This document shows positions 39,601 through 51,000 of a DNA stretch of 64,000 nt, piece after piece. How positions within the stretch are numbered: the first letter of the stretch is position 1; each line of letters begins with the position of its first letter. Both the position numbers and the translations under genes were made by a program. The notes below the pieces were generated by a model. That model searched no databases. It saw nothing but the letters and a program-made list of their open reading frames with translations, and was not told the DNA's origin. Source of the DNA: Balanoglossus misakiensis (lineage: Eukaryota > Animalia > Hemichordata); assembly GCA_040954595.2 (NCBI GenBank), contig CM082578.2, positions 15,174,998-15,238,997 on the forward strand. The letters are read 5' to 3'.

Positions 39601-42600
39601 TGTTTTCCATCCGTATTCATCTCTTGTTTGTTGAATGATATTATTTTAAAGCAGCTGCACTATCACTGACAAAATAGAATTCTCCATCACATCTTTTTTT
39701 AGCACAATACAGGTAATTTGATGTATGTATGTATGTATGTATGTATGTATGTATGTATGTATGTATGTATGTATGTATGTATGTATGTATGTATGTATGT
39801 ATGTATGTATGTATGTATGTATGTATGTATGTATGTATGTATGTATGTATGTATGTGTGTGTGTATGTGTTTATGTATGTATGTGTATGCTTAGTAATAC
39901 AAAAAACTTTCGTGTGAGCTGTATCAGACTAATACTGTAATTGTCTTGCAGATGAAGACGCATCTGTCAAAGCAAACGCGGAACACTTTCTTAGGAAACT
40001 CTACGCGGAGGAATACGCTTGGATGGCCCAACTCTGTCCGCGTAGGCATATTGCGGATATTTACACCGATTTGAAGTTGGTAAAGAGAGAGCCACACGGC
40101 CGACCTGAAAACGTTGAATCATTTGATCTGGCCGAAACTCTGCAGAGAGATCTCTGTGGGGCAGGTTGCAATCGGATTCTCGTGGAAGGCGACGCCGGGT
40201 CCGGTAAAAGTACGTTGTGTTTGAAATTGGTCTACGACTGGGCCACCAATGCGCCGGAATCAGCAATCAAATCCAAAATCCCGATTTTGGTGAAAGTGAG
40301 AAACGTGACCGGAAGTGTGAAAGACAGTATTTTGGATTTATTTCCCAAGGAGTACGACGACGATTTCAGAGATGAATTCTGGGAATATTTACAGAGGCAA
40401 GCCGACGAGTTTGTGTTGATATTCGACGGCGCCAACGAACTGGCCGAGGGAATTAAGAGCAATTTGTTGGATTTGTACAGCAACAAGAATCTGTGTAAGA
40501 GTACGGTGCTGATCAGCACACAACCCCCCAGGAACACGTGCTTGAACCATTCCAGTGACGTCATCGTTCACGTGAAAGGATTCTCCTGGTATCACACTGT
40601 GGACTTCATCAGGAAATACTTCCCCAGGAATTTCGCCAGTGCCGCCGAGCTCACGAGACAGTTAGGCCTTCCAATTAATGCCTTCGAGTTCAATTCAATG
40701 CGATCTGTTCAACGGCAGGAGTATTTTCTCAAGCTCTGCATTAGCCCCCTTCACATAAGTATACTCTGTTCCATCTGGGACGACTTGGAAGCCAAATTCG
40801 TGCCTCAGAAGACATCAGATCTTTACAGAGTATTGGTGATGTGTACAGTGAGACGTCTAGCCATAAGGGAGAATATTATCCTGCGTGCCGACGAATTAGA
40901 AAGGGTGCCGGATGTGTACTATGAAGCTTTGCTGCATCTTGGGAAAGTAAGCCTGTCGTATCTTCAGAGAAACGAAACCCGACTGAAAAGGTCGGATTTG
41001 AAACACAATAACAACATTGTCATCCAGCTGGGATTGTTAGTCAGGGAATTCGGCCAGTACACAGTAGACCGTGGCTTGTCTTTTGTTCCGTTCCACAGAT
41101 CCTTCCTGGACTTCTTGGCCGCCCTCTACGTTTATGACGTCATTCGGTGCAATCCCCTTCACGACAACTCTCTTCTATGTCGACAGTTACTGCGAAACAT
41201 CCACTGCCACCAGGCCTGTGTATTTCTCATCGAACTCTTGACCAAAGCGAACCTGGCGCACCATTTCTTCACTGGATTTCGCAAGATCGATTCCTTGGAT
41301 ACGATGCTTGAGTATTTGAACCTGACCCCGGGCGGAGAACGCTTCGCTGGTATAATTGCTCCACTACTGCCCAAGTCCCTGACGATGCACAAGCAACACT
41401 GGCCGGCCTGGAAACAGCGGATACTCTGTCATCTGCTTTGCCAGGACAATGCAACTTTGAAATACCTCCAGATTAACGACCCACTTACGTACGTCATCCT
41501 GGAGCTTTGGGGTGCCCTGCAACAGAACAGATCGGTGATCTCTCTGAACTTGGAGGAGTTCCCCCTCAACACGAACCCAGAAGAAAGACACAGACTGGAG
41601 CTAGTTGCGCAGACACTGCGTAACAAGTGGACGTTGAAAGTATGCAAGTTACAAGTGACACTCAGTTACCATGGAAGCAAGGACATCTACCCAATTCAAA
41701 GCCCAGAAGCGGAGGCGGTGTCAGTTGAGAATTTACAGATCTTAGTGGACTGCATCAGGGCCAGTACTATTGAACATCTGTACATTTTCCCATGTTTTGG
41801 GTCAAAGTTCTCGCAAATGCACATGTCGGTGATTTCTGAAGTTGTGAAACAAAACCCGCGGCTGTTATCCCTCAACATCGGCGGCCATGATTATTTTTGT
41901 GACTCGGGCATTCCGTCTCTCTATCAAAATGGGCTGAAGTTCAACTCCAAATTGCAAAGTCTGAACCTATCGTTCTGCAACTTAGCCGAGGACGACCCGG
42001 CCTGGGTGACTGTCTGTGGACCCATACTGGAACCGGTCTTCTACGACTTCACGGGGGCGGCGGTGATAGCGCATATCATCCGTCGATGCGTGCATCTCAG
42101 TCAGGTGAACATCTCCCAGTGCAAACTCACGCCACAGGGGGCGCATTACCTGGCGGATGCCATGAAACACAATCAATCCATTACAAGCTTGGATCTGTCG
42201 TACAACAGCCTGGGCTACGTCGGCATCTCGGAGTTTGGCCACGTGCTTCGCGTGAACAATACTTTGATCGAGTTGCAGCTGAACCGCATTGGATTCGATG
42301 AGCAGTCAATCATCATGTTTTCGGATTCTCTTGCCAGGAATAGGGGCCTCAAGAAGTTGCATCTGAAAGAGTGCGGCGTTTGGGGACGGGCTCTGGTCGT
42401 TCCCCTCGTCAACGCGCTCTGTCACAAGACCGACCTGGAACTGCTGGACCTGAGTCTGAACGCGATCGGCGACGACGGCATCGTCATACTAATGGATGTG
42501 CTGCAAAATTCTACGAGAATGAAGCACCTGGATTTGAGCGTGAATAAGATATCCGATATCAGTATTCAGTCATTGGCCCAGGGTCTTCTCGCAATGCCAC

Positions 42601-43130
42601 AGCTGCAGGCCCTACTGCTGCAACTGAACGACATCACTTCGCGGGGGGCGCGCGTCATCGCCTCGCTGCTTCCCAGGATGGCCCAGCTGAGGCGTCTTGA
42701 CCTGGAGAAAAATAAGATCGGCGACAAAGGGGTCACGTGGGTGGCCAAGTCCCTGAAGAACCACCCAAACCTGAAAGTGGTGAATCTGTGTGACAACGAC
42801 ATCGGCAATTCGGGAGCCAAGACCATGGCAGATGTCCTAATCAACAACGCGGTGATCACACACCTCAAACTGTGTGGTGACGTCAAGCAGTCCAACTACA
42901 TCGACAACGAGGGCGCCTGGAGCATCTCCCGAGCGCTGGCGACGAATAGGACGTTGTTGTACCTGGACCTAACGCGGCAGCACATCTCTGACGAGGGAGC
43001 CATGGCTTTGGCCAACGCGCTGGAAGATAACACGAAATCCGAGGTGATTGTCAATTTGAATTTCAACGACGGCATTTCAGAAGATTGTAAGCAGCGACTG
43101 AGAAAGTATTTCAGATGCTTCAACATATAA
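33684..43130 (+). CDS. NOD-like receptor with architecture ubiquitin-like domain - CARD - long disordered linker - NACHT - LRR (~1884 aa predicted)
   Basis: Exons 33684-33730 (phase 2), 34244-34442 (phase 0), 36634-36757 (phase 1), 37396-39501 (phase 1, GC donor) and 39952-43130 are all phase-compatible and total 5655 nt. CARD-like: LYRNKNLLISRLDL...ILNHLVQEGAITLEDYYHI...RMQIERLIDVLAVKDNDAYQTFLASM. NACHT: Walker A GDAGSGKS, Walker B FVLIFDGANE, PLHISILC, FHRSFLDFLAA. RI-type LRRs follow (LDLSYNSLG, LDLSLNAIGDDG, LDLEKNKIGDKG). Confidence 0.82.
34244..36757 (+). CDS. Ubiquitin-like domain exons of the NLR (34244-34442 + 36634-36757)
   Basis: Spliced translation DFAVFVYSGSAKTPLCLAVKSTDSVDSLKRTAIDGF...WSLRRYISRLGRPDT|LREDSTLGDYDIKADENLLLSFGEQGLLGG parallels ubiquitin ([30 protein letters not shown]...[27 protein letters not shown]). 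Both acceptors have strong pyrimidine tracts. Confidence 0.75.
37396..39501 (+). CDS. CARD/death-fold plus Ser/Pro/Thr-rich linker exon of the NLR
   Basis: Lies within ORF 37266-39572, with acceptor ttgttcatag at 37395. The first ~95 aa have a CARD-like pattern; the remaining ~600 aa are low complexity. Confidence 0.8.
39721..39888. repeat. (ATGT)n microsatellite
   Basis: About 33 perfect ATGT units followed by a degenerate GT/ATGT tail, in the last NLR intron. Confidence 0.98.
39952..43130 (+). CDS. NACHT + LRR terminal exon of the NLR
   Basis: ORF 40023-43130 extends upstream in frame to acceptor ttgcag at 39951. NACHT motifs and multiple ~28-aa RI-like LRRs are present. Confidence 0.95.
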
Positions 43131-44577
43131 ACGACAGATTTCCTGCAGTGTACCATGGGAAGATGACGATGACGATGACGTGGGGTGAGTCAAACTGGAT
43201 GGATAAAACTGAATTGTTACTAGTGAGAACTTCAACGAATATTGTGAAATAATCTCACTGTACTGAGTCTGAGAGAAAGAAAATGTCTTGGACCTCATTG
43301 TGTGCTAAATTTTAGAACAGTATCACGTGACTGTCGATGGCAGTGTCTGAATAACCGTGTTGTGGAACACCCAAGTTCAAGTACGTTTTATGTGTTGTAG
43401 TCAGCTGATCTTGAGTACTTTTGTAAGAAACGTAAAATTACAGTGCAATTCATTTCAAAGTGAGCAGCTCTGATACACTATAATCAGAAGATGTACAAGT
43501 GGCGACGTACAATTCGATAATAGTCTAAGGGAATTAAACAAACTTAAATCCTTACAGAGGAGGGTTGATTGACAATATTATACGTTTTTAAATTACTGGT
43601 ATTCAAAATGCTTAAAGTCTGAAGATTGCATTCCTGTCAATTTCCTATATTCGATCATTACCATGGTGACGACTAGGGACCAATACAAGAAGTAAAATGA
43701 TTATAATTTTACTATACACGGATATATTTTTCCTTTTATGACTCAAAAACCAAAGTCAAATTTAGGTTCGGCCGGCGCGGAATCTCATGCTTTATGATTT
43801 AAAAAGACAAAATCCAAAAATCAAATGTATAGTTTTGTTCACGAATGCCGCATGTTTTGAAAATGATATAATGTAAAATAGGAAAAACGGAATTATGTAC
43901 CAAAATGTAAATAAAGCAAAACCCGTTTTAAGGTATAACCATTTCAGTGTGGGCGATGGATTTGATTTGTGTTCACAAAGAAGTTCATGTCTATCTCACT
44001 CTCTGGGTTTCGGAGCGCCCTCTTGAGTTCACAAAGTTTCAGGCTTTTGTTTTTTTCACACATCGTGCTGCTTGAATCATGCCTTCTGCGTTGATACTTT
44101 TATTGTCTTAATTTTCAAACTAAGCTTATGCCTTGTTGCTGCGTTGATCACCAGAGGTGTGATTCCTTGTTTTTAGTATAACCCTTCTGCAAGTTTGGGA
44201 ATGACAATTAATACGGCCGCCGATGATCGGAATAGATTGGTGGGCAAAGGTTTAAATGTCATGACTGACACAGTTACTATCGCCCGCCAACGTTCGCGTC
44301 ACTACTCAGTGCATATGTCCATTAACTCCCTGAGAACAAACATGTTAACTCAAGCATGCAAAAGCCGCGTGGATTTACACGTGAATCACTCTACACACAA
44401 TTGAAATGTTTGATTGCCCGGGTGAACAAGTCAATGACCTTCTATGTTTGCTTTGCCATTAGGGTAAATTACATGAACGAATAACACAACAATATTGCAA
44501 ACAAAGTACAGTGTAAGTGTAGTATATGGGCAAACACAATGCTGCATTTAAAATTAAACTGTAAATATCACAAGATT

Positions 44578-46392
44578 TTAATCGCAATCGATTAATGTGA
44601 GAATTATCAAAATAGCCGAGACCAACAGCCCTATTGAAATACTATTCTTAATAGTACAGTCGAAATAATAAAACTCATAATAGTCATAGCTTCCCAAATC
44701 GTCGTTGACATCGGCGTTTCCAGGATCGCCTCCGACAAGAGCGCTACACGATTTAGTCATCTTCTCGTCTTGTCCAACACACTCTCCAGATATGCACTTG
44801 CGCGTTCTTACCATCACACCAATTCCGTTTGACTCCGAGCACGTCGACCACCGGGCCCATTCTCCCCAGATCATGGGGATTTCATCCTGGCAGTTGTCGC
44901 CCGTGAAGCCGTCAACGCACAGGCAGTCGTACAAGAGCCCGCCCTCGAAGCACGTGCCGCCGTTCGCGCACGGGGAGGAGTGGCAGAAGAGACACTCCAC
45001 GTCGGTACCGATGTCGTTGCAGATTCCCCCGTTCGGACACTCGAAGTTGGAGCAACCGTCGAGCATGTCAACGCACCGATGGAGCGACTGCATGAATGAC
45101 TCGTCGCTCTCCGTGTTCAACACGTGACCGAAACCCTTCTTGCACCTGCAGGACCACAAGATCTCGGCCGGTTTGCCGCCGTACCTGATTTCCGCTTCAT
45201 CCAAGGAACTCCACCGGAAGACGTCCGGAAAAGCGTAACAACCATCGTCAAATGCGTTCACGTCGCCGACACAGGGATCGCCCATGCAAGGATCAGGACA
45301 GTATCTCACCCGCATGTAGTCATACTGCGAGTCGTACGTGCCAGCGCAAATTTCATAGCTCAACATCAACGAAACCAGGTCTTGCAATCTGTATCTGGCG
45401 AAATCGGGTCCAGTCAGGACTTGATCAAAGTCTGAAATAATTTCTTGAGCACTGCAAAGAAGTATTCTCACGTGATCCTCATTATCTACTCTCTTGAAGA
45501 ACGCACACCGTTCCATAAACTGTTTAGAGCCATCGTTACTTGTGATGTCATAGTTGAAGTCTTTTGGAAATTGCAAATACACATCAGAAAACGATTCTAT
45601 GTCCTCCAGACGGCGAAATTGAAACCCCTTTGCCAGTGTTTCATGTGCTGGAGTGACTTCGTATTCGCACTTCTGCATAATTCCTCTGAAGCCATCAGTC
45701 CTTGGTGCTTTACGCTTCTGTTCCAACTCGAAGTGCGTGAACTTCTCAAAGGGTAGAGCATGATCCGATTTGCACTTGCAAGCGAAATCTCGGTCAGCCC
45801 TGAGTAAAGGGGGACGCGAACTGACGAGAACCGTGCAACTGTGCGAAAAAGCATTCTTGACATTCGAGCAAGGGTTGCCACGGCACGGGTTGGGACAGAA
45901 CTGCAACTCCGCATCTTTGGATTTCGAGTTGTATTGGCACATTGTCAAATGAAAGAGCAACGACACCGCGTCGATCAAGTCGTCACCGCGATACCCGTCC
46001 TTTTCCAGAGACTGGTGATAAATACTGTACAGCTCCTGAGGCGTGCAAGCGTATTTGGTGGCAAGATTAAGATTCTCACGGATGCTACATAAGTCCATCG
46101 GGGTGGGAATGTTGGCTGGCCTCTTTGTCACCTCATAATCGAAATCAGACTCTGCGGGGAAGTACCGTGTGACTTCTGGCCACCGTTTGATCTCCTCCAG
46201 TGTTCTGATAGATGTCTCGTCGAATCTTGCGCTGTTTAGGAAATCGTCGGCTTGCTTGAATGTTATCTCATACGTGTTTTCGCCAGTTCGCTCTTGCCAC
46301 TGCCTTCCGTATTCCCGGAGAATTTCTAAACATTCGATGACGCTGTGAAGTAGTACGAAACTAATAATCACATAACGAATCATTTTCTCCAT
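44578..46392 (-). CDS. Secreted or cell-surface protein (604 aa) with two tandem unrecognised Cys-containing modules, EGF domain(s), a thrombospondin type-1 repeat and a hydrophobic C-terminus; single coding exon
   Basis: Signal-peptide-like MIRYVIISFVLLHSVIEC; EGF CHSSPCANGGTCFEGGLLYDCLCVDGFTGDNC; TSP1 WGEWARWSTCSESNGIGVMVRTRKC...C; C-terminal ISIGLLVSAILIILTLI followed by only 3 residues. Confidence 0.88.
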   Translation of the reverse strand: MEKMIRYVIISFVLLHSVIECLEILREYGRQWQERTGENTYEITFKQADDFLNSARFDETSIRTLEEIKRWPEVTRYFPAESDFDYEVTKRPANIPTPMDLCSIRENLNLATKYACTPQELYSIYHQSLEKDGYRGDDLIDAVSLLFHLTMCQYNSKSKDAELQFCPNPCRGNPCSNVKNAFSHSCTVLVSSRPPLLRADRDFACKCKSDHALPFEKFTHFELEQKRKAPRTDGFRGIMQKCEYEVTPAHETLAKGFQFRRLEDIESFSDVYLQFPKDFNYDITSNDGSKQFMERCAFFKRVDNEDHVRILLCSAQEIISDFDQVLTGPDFARYRLQDLVSLMLSYEICAGTYDSQYDYMRVRYCPDPCMGDPCVGDVNAFDDGCYAFPDVFRWSSLDEAEIRYGGKPAEILWSCRCKKGFGHVLNTESDESFMQSLHRCVDMLDGCSNFECPNGGICNDIGTDVECLFCHSSPCANGGTCFEGGLLYDCLCVDGFTGDNCQDEIPMIWGEWARWSTCSESNGIGVMVRTRKCISGECVGQDEKMTKSCSALVGGDPGNADVNDDLGSYDYYEFYYFDCTIKNSISIGLLVSAILIILTLIDCD

Positions 46393-48075
46393 CTGTTAAA
46401 ATACTGTTCTTGTTAGACATTGTAGATGACTGACCATGAATCCCCGGGAAACTAATGCCTCTCCAGCTAGCAGTTGCGATTCTCTGTTGTGTTTATGGTA
46501 TTGTCATGACGATTCGAAACGGAACAAATCGAATCGAATATCGAGTCTAGCGCGTGTTGTTTATAATCTTCTGTAGCAGTGTCTAGAACATCTTTAGAAC
46601 CCGAGTTCTTATTCGAGTTCGGTAAGAATCTCTCCTGGTTCGAATGTAGATTTTTTATCGCGTATTACCCACAATTCCTTATACATTCTAACGCATAATA
46701 AGAAATCTGGTCCGCCTTATAAACATAAAAAGGGGGTGTTTGTATTCCTATAATGCAATAATTCAGCTGTGGCTTGTCTTCAGTTTAATAAAAAAAAATG
46801 AACAACTTAATATATGGCAGGTTTGACGTTCTGGACAGATTGGATAGCCCTTCGATTATTTATGCAGTCTAAACAAAATCTTTCAAGTCGTGTGTGCGGA
46901 CACTTTCATCGACGTCATAACTTTCCCCAGCTATTCATGCAACTTGTAGTACATCAACCGACAATGGGATGTTTACATTGAAAACATGGGCGCCGTTCTT
47001 TGACAAATTTATTGTGTGATTCTACCCCACATTGCCGATTTCTTGTGTAAATATAGCCACTATGGAAACAAACAGGGAGAGAGTGTAAAGGTACTTGTTA
47101 TCACGCTATTGTCTCCTCAGCCGTGCGAACTTCGTACTAATGAAGGCAAACTTTACCGTCCCCGTATCATGCGTTCAATAGCGGCATTCACTTTGTCATT
47201 TCTCTGATTTGTTTGTTAAAGACCTGGTTTAGGTAATTAGAAAATGACACCCATGAATACTAGCCGTCTAGCCAATTCTTTACTTTTGGAGCTGGCATCG
47301 CAAGTTATTATTGTAATGAAAACTACAATACACCAGCACAACGCGAACCGATCACCTGCATGGGTAGTTGAATTGTATGTCCACCATAATTGACCACATA
47401 TGTTGCTTCTTGAAGTTTGGTTTGATTAAGAAATGCCCACCGGCGGCAGTCAGAACGTTCTCCCTTAATTGCCGGCCAATTTCAATTAAGGTCGAGACTA
47501 GGGTCAGCCGAAAACAGGAATATGCCATAGTAACTGGCCATGGGATAACCATTCTGTTCAACGCGTCGGAGTAAAAACAGAATGGCGTTGTTGACTGTTT
47601 GCCTTGCAAAGTAAAGAAATCGGGAAAGTAAACTGAACATAGAATAGCATTATCTAAAACAACAATGGCCCCGAAAAGAAAGCATATAGGTACTTCAGTG
47701 ATTGGGTGTCGTCAAGAAGACAAATGTGATTGTACCTGTATGTACATGAAACTTCAAACCAAATTTCAACACCACTGTGTTCACTCGCAAAGACACGAGG
47801 ACCAACTTGCAGTTTCTTCTGGCACCGAGGACAGGTATTTTGCCGGTGACTTTGGGGAAAACATTTCGAGTGTGCAACGCGCCTTTCTATCATTGGTTCA
47901 CGTACTGTGGCAGTACACCTGTTGTCTTCGTGGCACTTTTCATGATTCATATCCGAAGGGAAATATGGAACTTCTTCGAGACGTGAAAGGAGACCAAGTT
48001 GTGTTTTACGTCACCGAATCCTCAATAGTTTAAGCCTACATTTTTTTGTTGTGTGTACTTTTTGAATTTGTTATC

Positions 48076-51000
48076 ATGGAATCCGTATATGTAACACCAC
48101 GGGACCGTTATGACCACCACCTTAAAAGAGAACAAATGCGCATGACACTGGAGAAAATGGGCATGACGAAACCCCGAAGAGGCCGAGAAAGTCGACCAAA
48201 AGTCTTTCGGCGAGCGTCGGACATGATAGCCAAGAGTTCAAAGGGACCAGATAAATTTTCGACAAACAATGGCGTCGTGCGGAGACGAGAAAGCGAGCCC
48301 CCGATGGGGAAAACGCCGATCGGAAGACGGGGGTCTCTTCATCTTGCCAATATCGTCAGCGGCGTCATTCCGGCAGTGAGCGCGATGACGGCATTAACGC
48401 GGAGGGAACTGTCCGATGTGGCACTCTCCGATTCACTACGAAGAATAAGTCGAAACGACGAATCTTACCTAAAGCGAAGGGCTAGAATGGCGGTAGGTAT
48501 ACATTTAGAATACTCTATCCAATTTTGACTTGACTGTAGACTGAGGCGTCTTGGTACCAACTATTTCTTTGGTGGAATCTCTGAATAAACGATGGTTTAA
48601 TTACCAGGGAGGGGAGGTGACCTTGGAAATTGCTACTTCATCCCTCAAGGAATATCACGCGGTATGCATCAAATCCATGTTAGGCTAACTGATGAGTAAA
48701 CTTCTTCCGAACTTTTTGTGAAATGATTTGTGCAAAATATCCTCTGAATAGAGTAATTTGTTTGATCTGACAAGTGAAGAATGATAGCATGGCGCCCCTT
48801 TGTTGTAGAGAGCTTGCCGCACCTTGACTACGTCACGGATAAAGAGGATAATCGTGCTCGCTGTCTACATTATGAGGCAGACAGAGATCATCCATCTTAA
48901 TCGAGATCCATCAAAGTCTTTCGTTAGATCTTGATTTGCCATTAACATCTATCGTCACCCGAACGATGAAACTGCAGCGACTTTTCCAAAATTCCACAGA
49001 GTTTATCTCATATTTGGACAAGCTGCCGAAGAAGCGACCAGAAAGTAGGTCTGGGGAAATATCTCAGAACGATTTGTAAAACAAAATGGCCGCTGTCAGG
49101 CTTTCGATCAGCCGCTGATTGGCTGATCTATCAGTATGACCTGGGTCACTGCAATTCGACTACAATTTTCACATCAACCAGCAAGTACCGGTCTCTCTTC
49201 ATGTGACAAGACAACAACTCACACATTGCCAAGAGTAACTTACAACATGTTCCATCGCCATTTTAGTATATGTAGTCGAGTTGCAGTGACCCAGGTCATA
49301 CTGACGGATTAGCCAATCAGCGGCGGTCGAAAAGCCTGACAGTGGCCATTTTGTTTTACAAATCGTTCTATGGTATTTGCCCGGGATCTTTTTTTTCTGG
49401 AGCGCAGTAGGAGAAGCAGAGGGTCTGGGTAAGCGAGCCTGGCTGCAACAATTGTAGCCGTGGCGGTGGGCTGGTGTATTGCTGTCGGCTGGCCTGATCG
49501 CTGACGGCCCCACCGAGTGGCTACAATTATTGCAGCTAAACCGAGCCTATCATAATACATGTACATGCTTATCAAAGCCGTAGCACCATATTTTCCAGCT
49601 GGCGCATCGTTGCATTCTATTGGCACCGGCGAGGGCGCTCGACCACTGGCACCAGAAATGATTTCTCGTTTTCGTTTTTTTCCAGAGTCACACCGCATAT
49701 CTAGTGCAGAAGTTCCGAATGGTGGGAAAACTGATCGGTTTCATGTACAGACTTTGCAAGAAGCACTTTCACGTGTGAGTACGATCGGGTTTTATTGATT
49801 TTATTTCATAAATATTTCATACTTACTTGACACGGTTAATCTGCAGCTGAGTGTAGACACCGATCCGTTACAATTCGCTATTGGTTTTAATTCCCTACAG
49901 AGCTGATTCTCAGAAGTCATCGTCCATCGCAATGTATGGCGTGGATCACAACGAAGACAAAGGAGATCTCCTCTTTGATTTATCCGCATTCAAAGCTCAA
50001 AGACAGGTAATGCTTTTAAGTTAAGTGCGAAACGTTGTTGCTGACTTTCTCTTAATATCCCTGAATAAGAATAAGAAGCGAACCCAGGCAGTTCCGTCAA
50101 GAAAATTGGCAAACAAAATTACAAATCTGCCGACCGTTTTTTATATGTAAATTGTTACCATCACCAGAAGGCAAAGTTTCTCAGAAAAATTGAATGAAGC
50201 TTGTCCACTTTCCTTGTACTTCAGTAATGGATACCTAACAAAACGAATTAACCGGGCCCTCAAAATAAGAAAACAGTGCCGAAATGAGGACAGCGCCACC
50301 ACCGTTTACAGGTCGTTTCAATATGCTTATGTTTTACATTTCGCCACTGCGTAACTGTTTTCTGCGTTGTTTCGTGTCGTGGGGGAGTATAGGGTTCAAG
50401 AGTCACGTCAGTCACAAATAGAGCATGATGGTCGAGATAACTATTTTCTCAGTTCGTTTTCTTCATCGATCATGTCACAAACCCTAACAATATGTGCCGT
50501 GAATTCATTATTTTGTATTGTTAACACACACACACTCAAACAACCGCTATTTTTTTCTTGAATGGAGAGTTCTTTACTTTGGCGAATTGAGCGCGACTGA
50601 TAATTGAATATCGGGTACTGTAAAATCATTAACTTGTCACTGGATTTAATTTTCGCTGATTGATTAAATACGAGTAAAATGTTAAATCACGATACAACTC
50701 AATTTGTTTCCGTGATTTTAAAACCTGAATGTCGCACAAGCATCAAACGGTGAAATTAAAAGCCAAATAAAATTAACGACTTTACAGCACACTCGCATTA
50801 TCTGTTTTTTCACTCGCATTATCACATTTTTTCACATCTGGGCTGACAATTTAATTACGTTTTAACATCCTTTACATAACTTGATTGACCCTGCCCAGCA
50901 GACTCTTCAGTGATTTTTCGCGATTTTCTTCTTTTTCCATGTTAGGGTAAAGTGACACAAGAAGCAAAGCGAATCTTGAAGATGGAACCCCGTGACAGAT

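Noticed and set aside
39725-39940. MYVC-repeat ORFs
   Set aside because: These are translations of the (ATGT)n microsatellite.
40232-43298. Antisense ORFs overlapping the NACHT-LRR exon (and similar ones over other long exons)
   Set aside because: These are shadow ORFs of GC-rich coding sequence with no independent coding signal.
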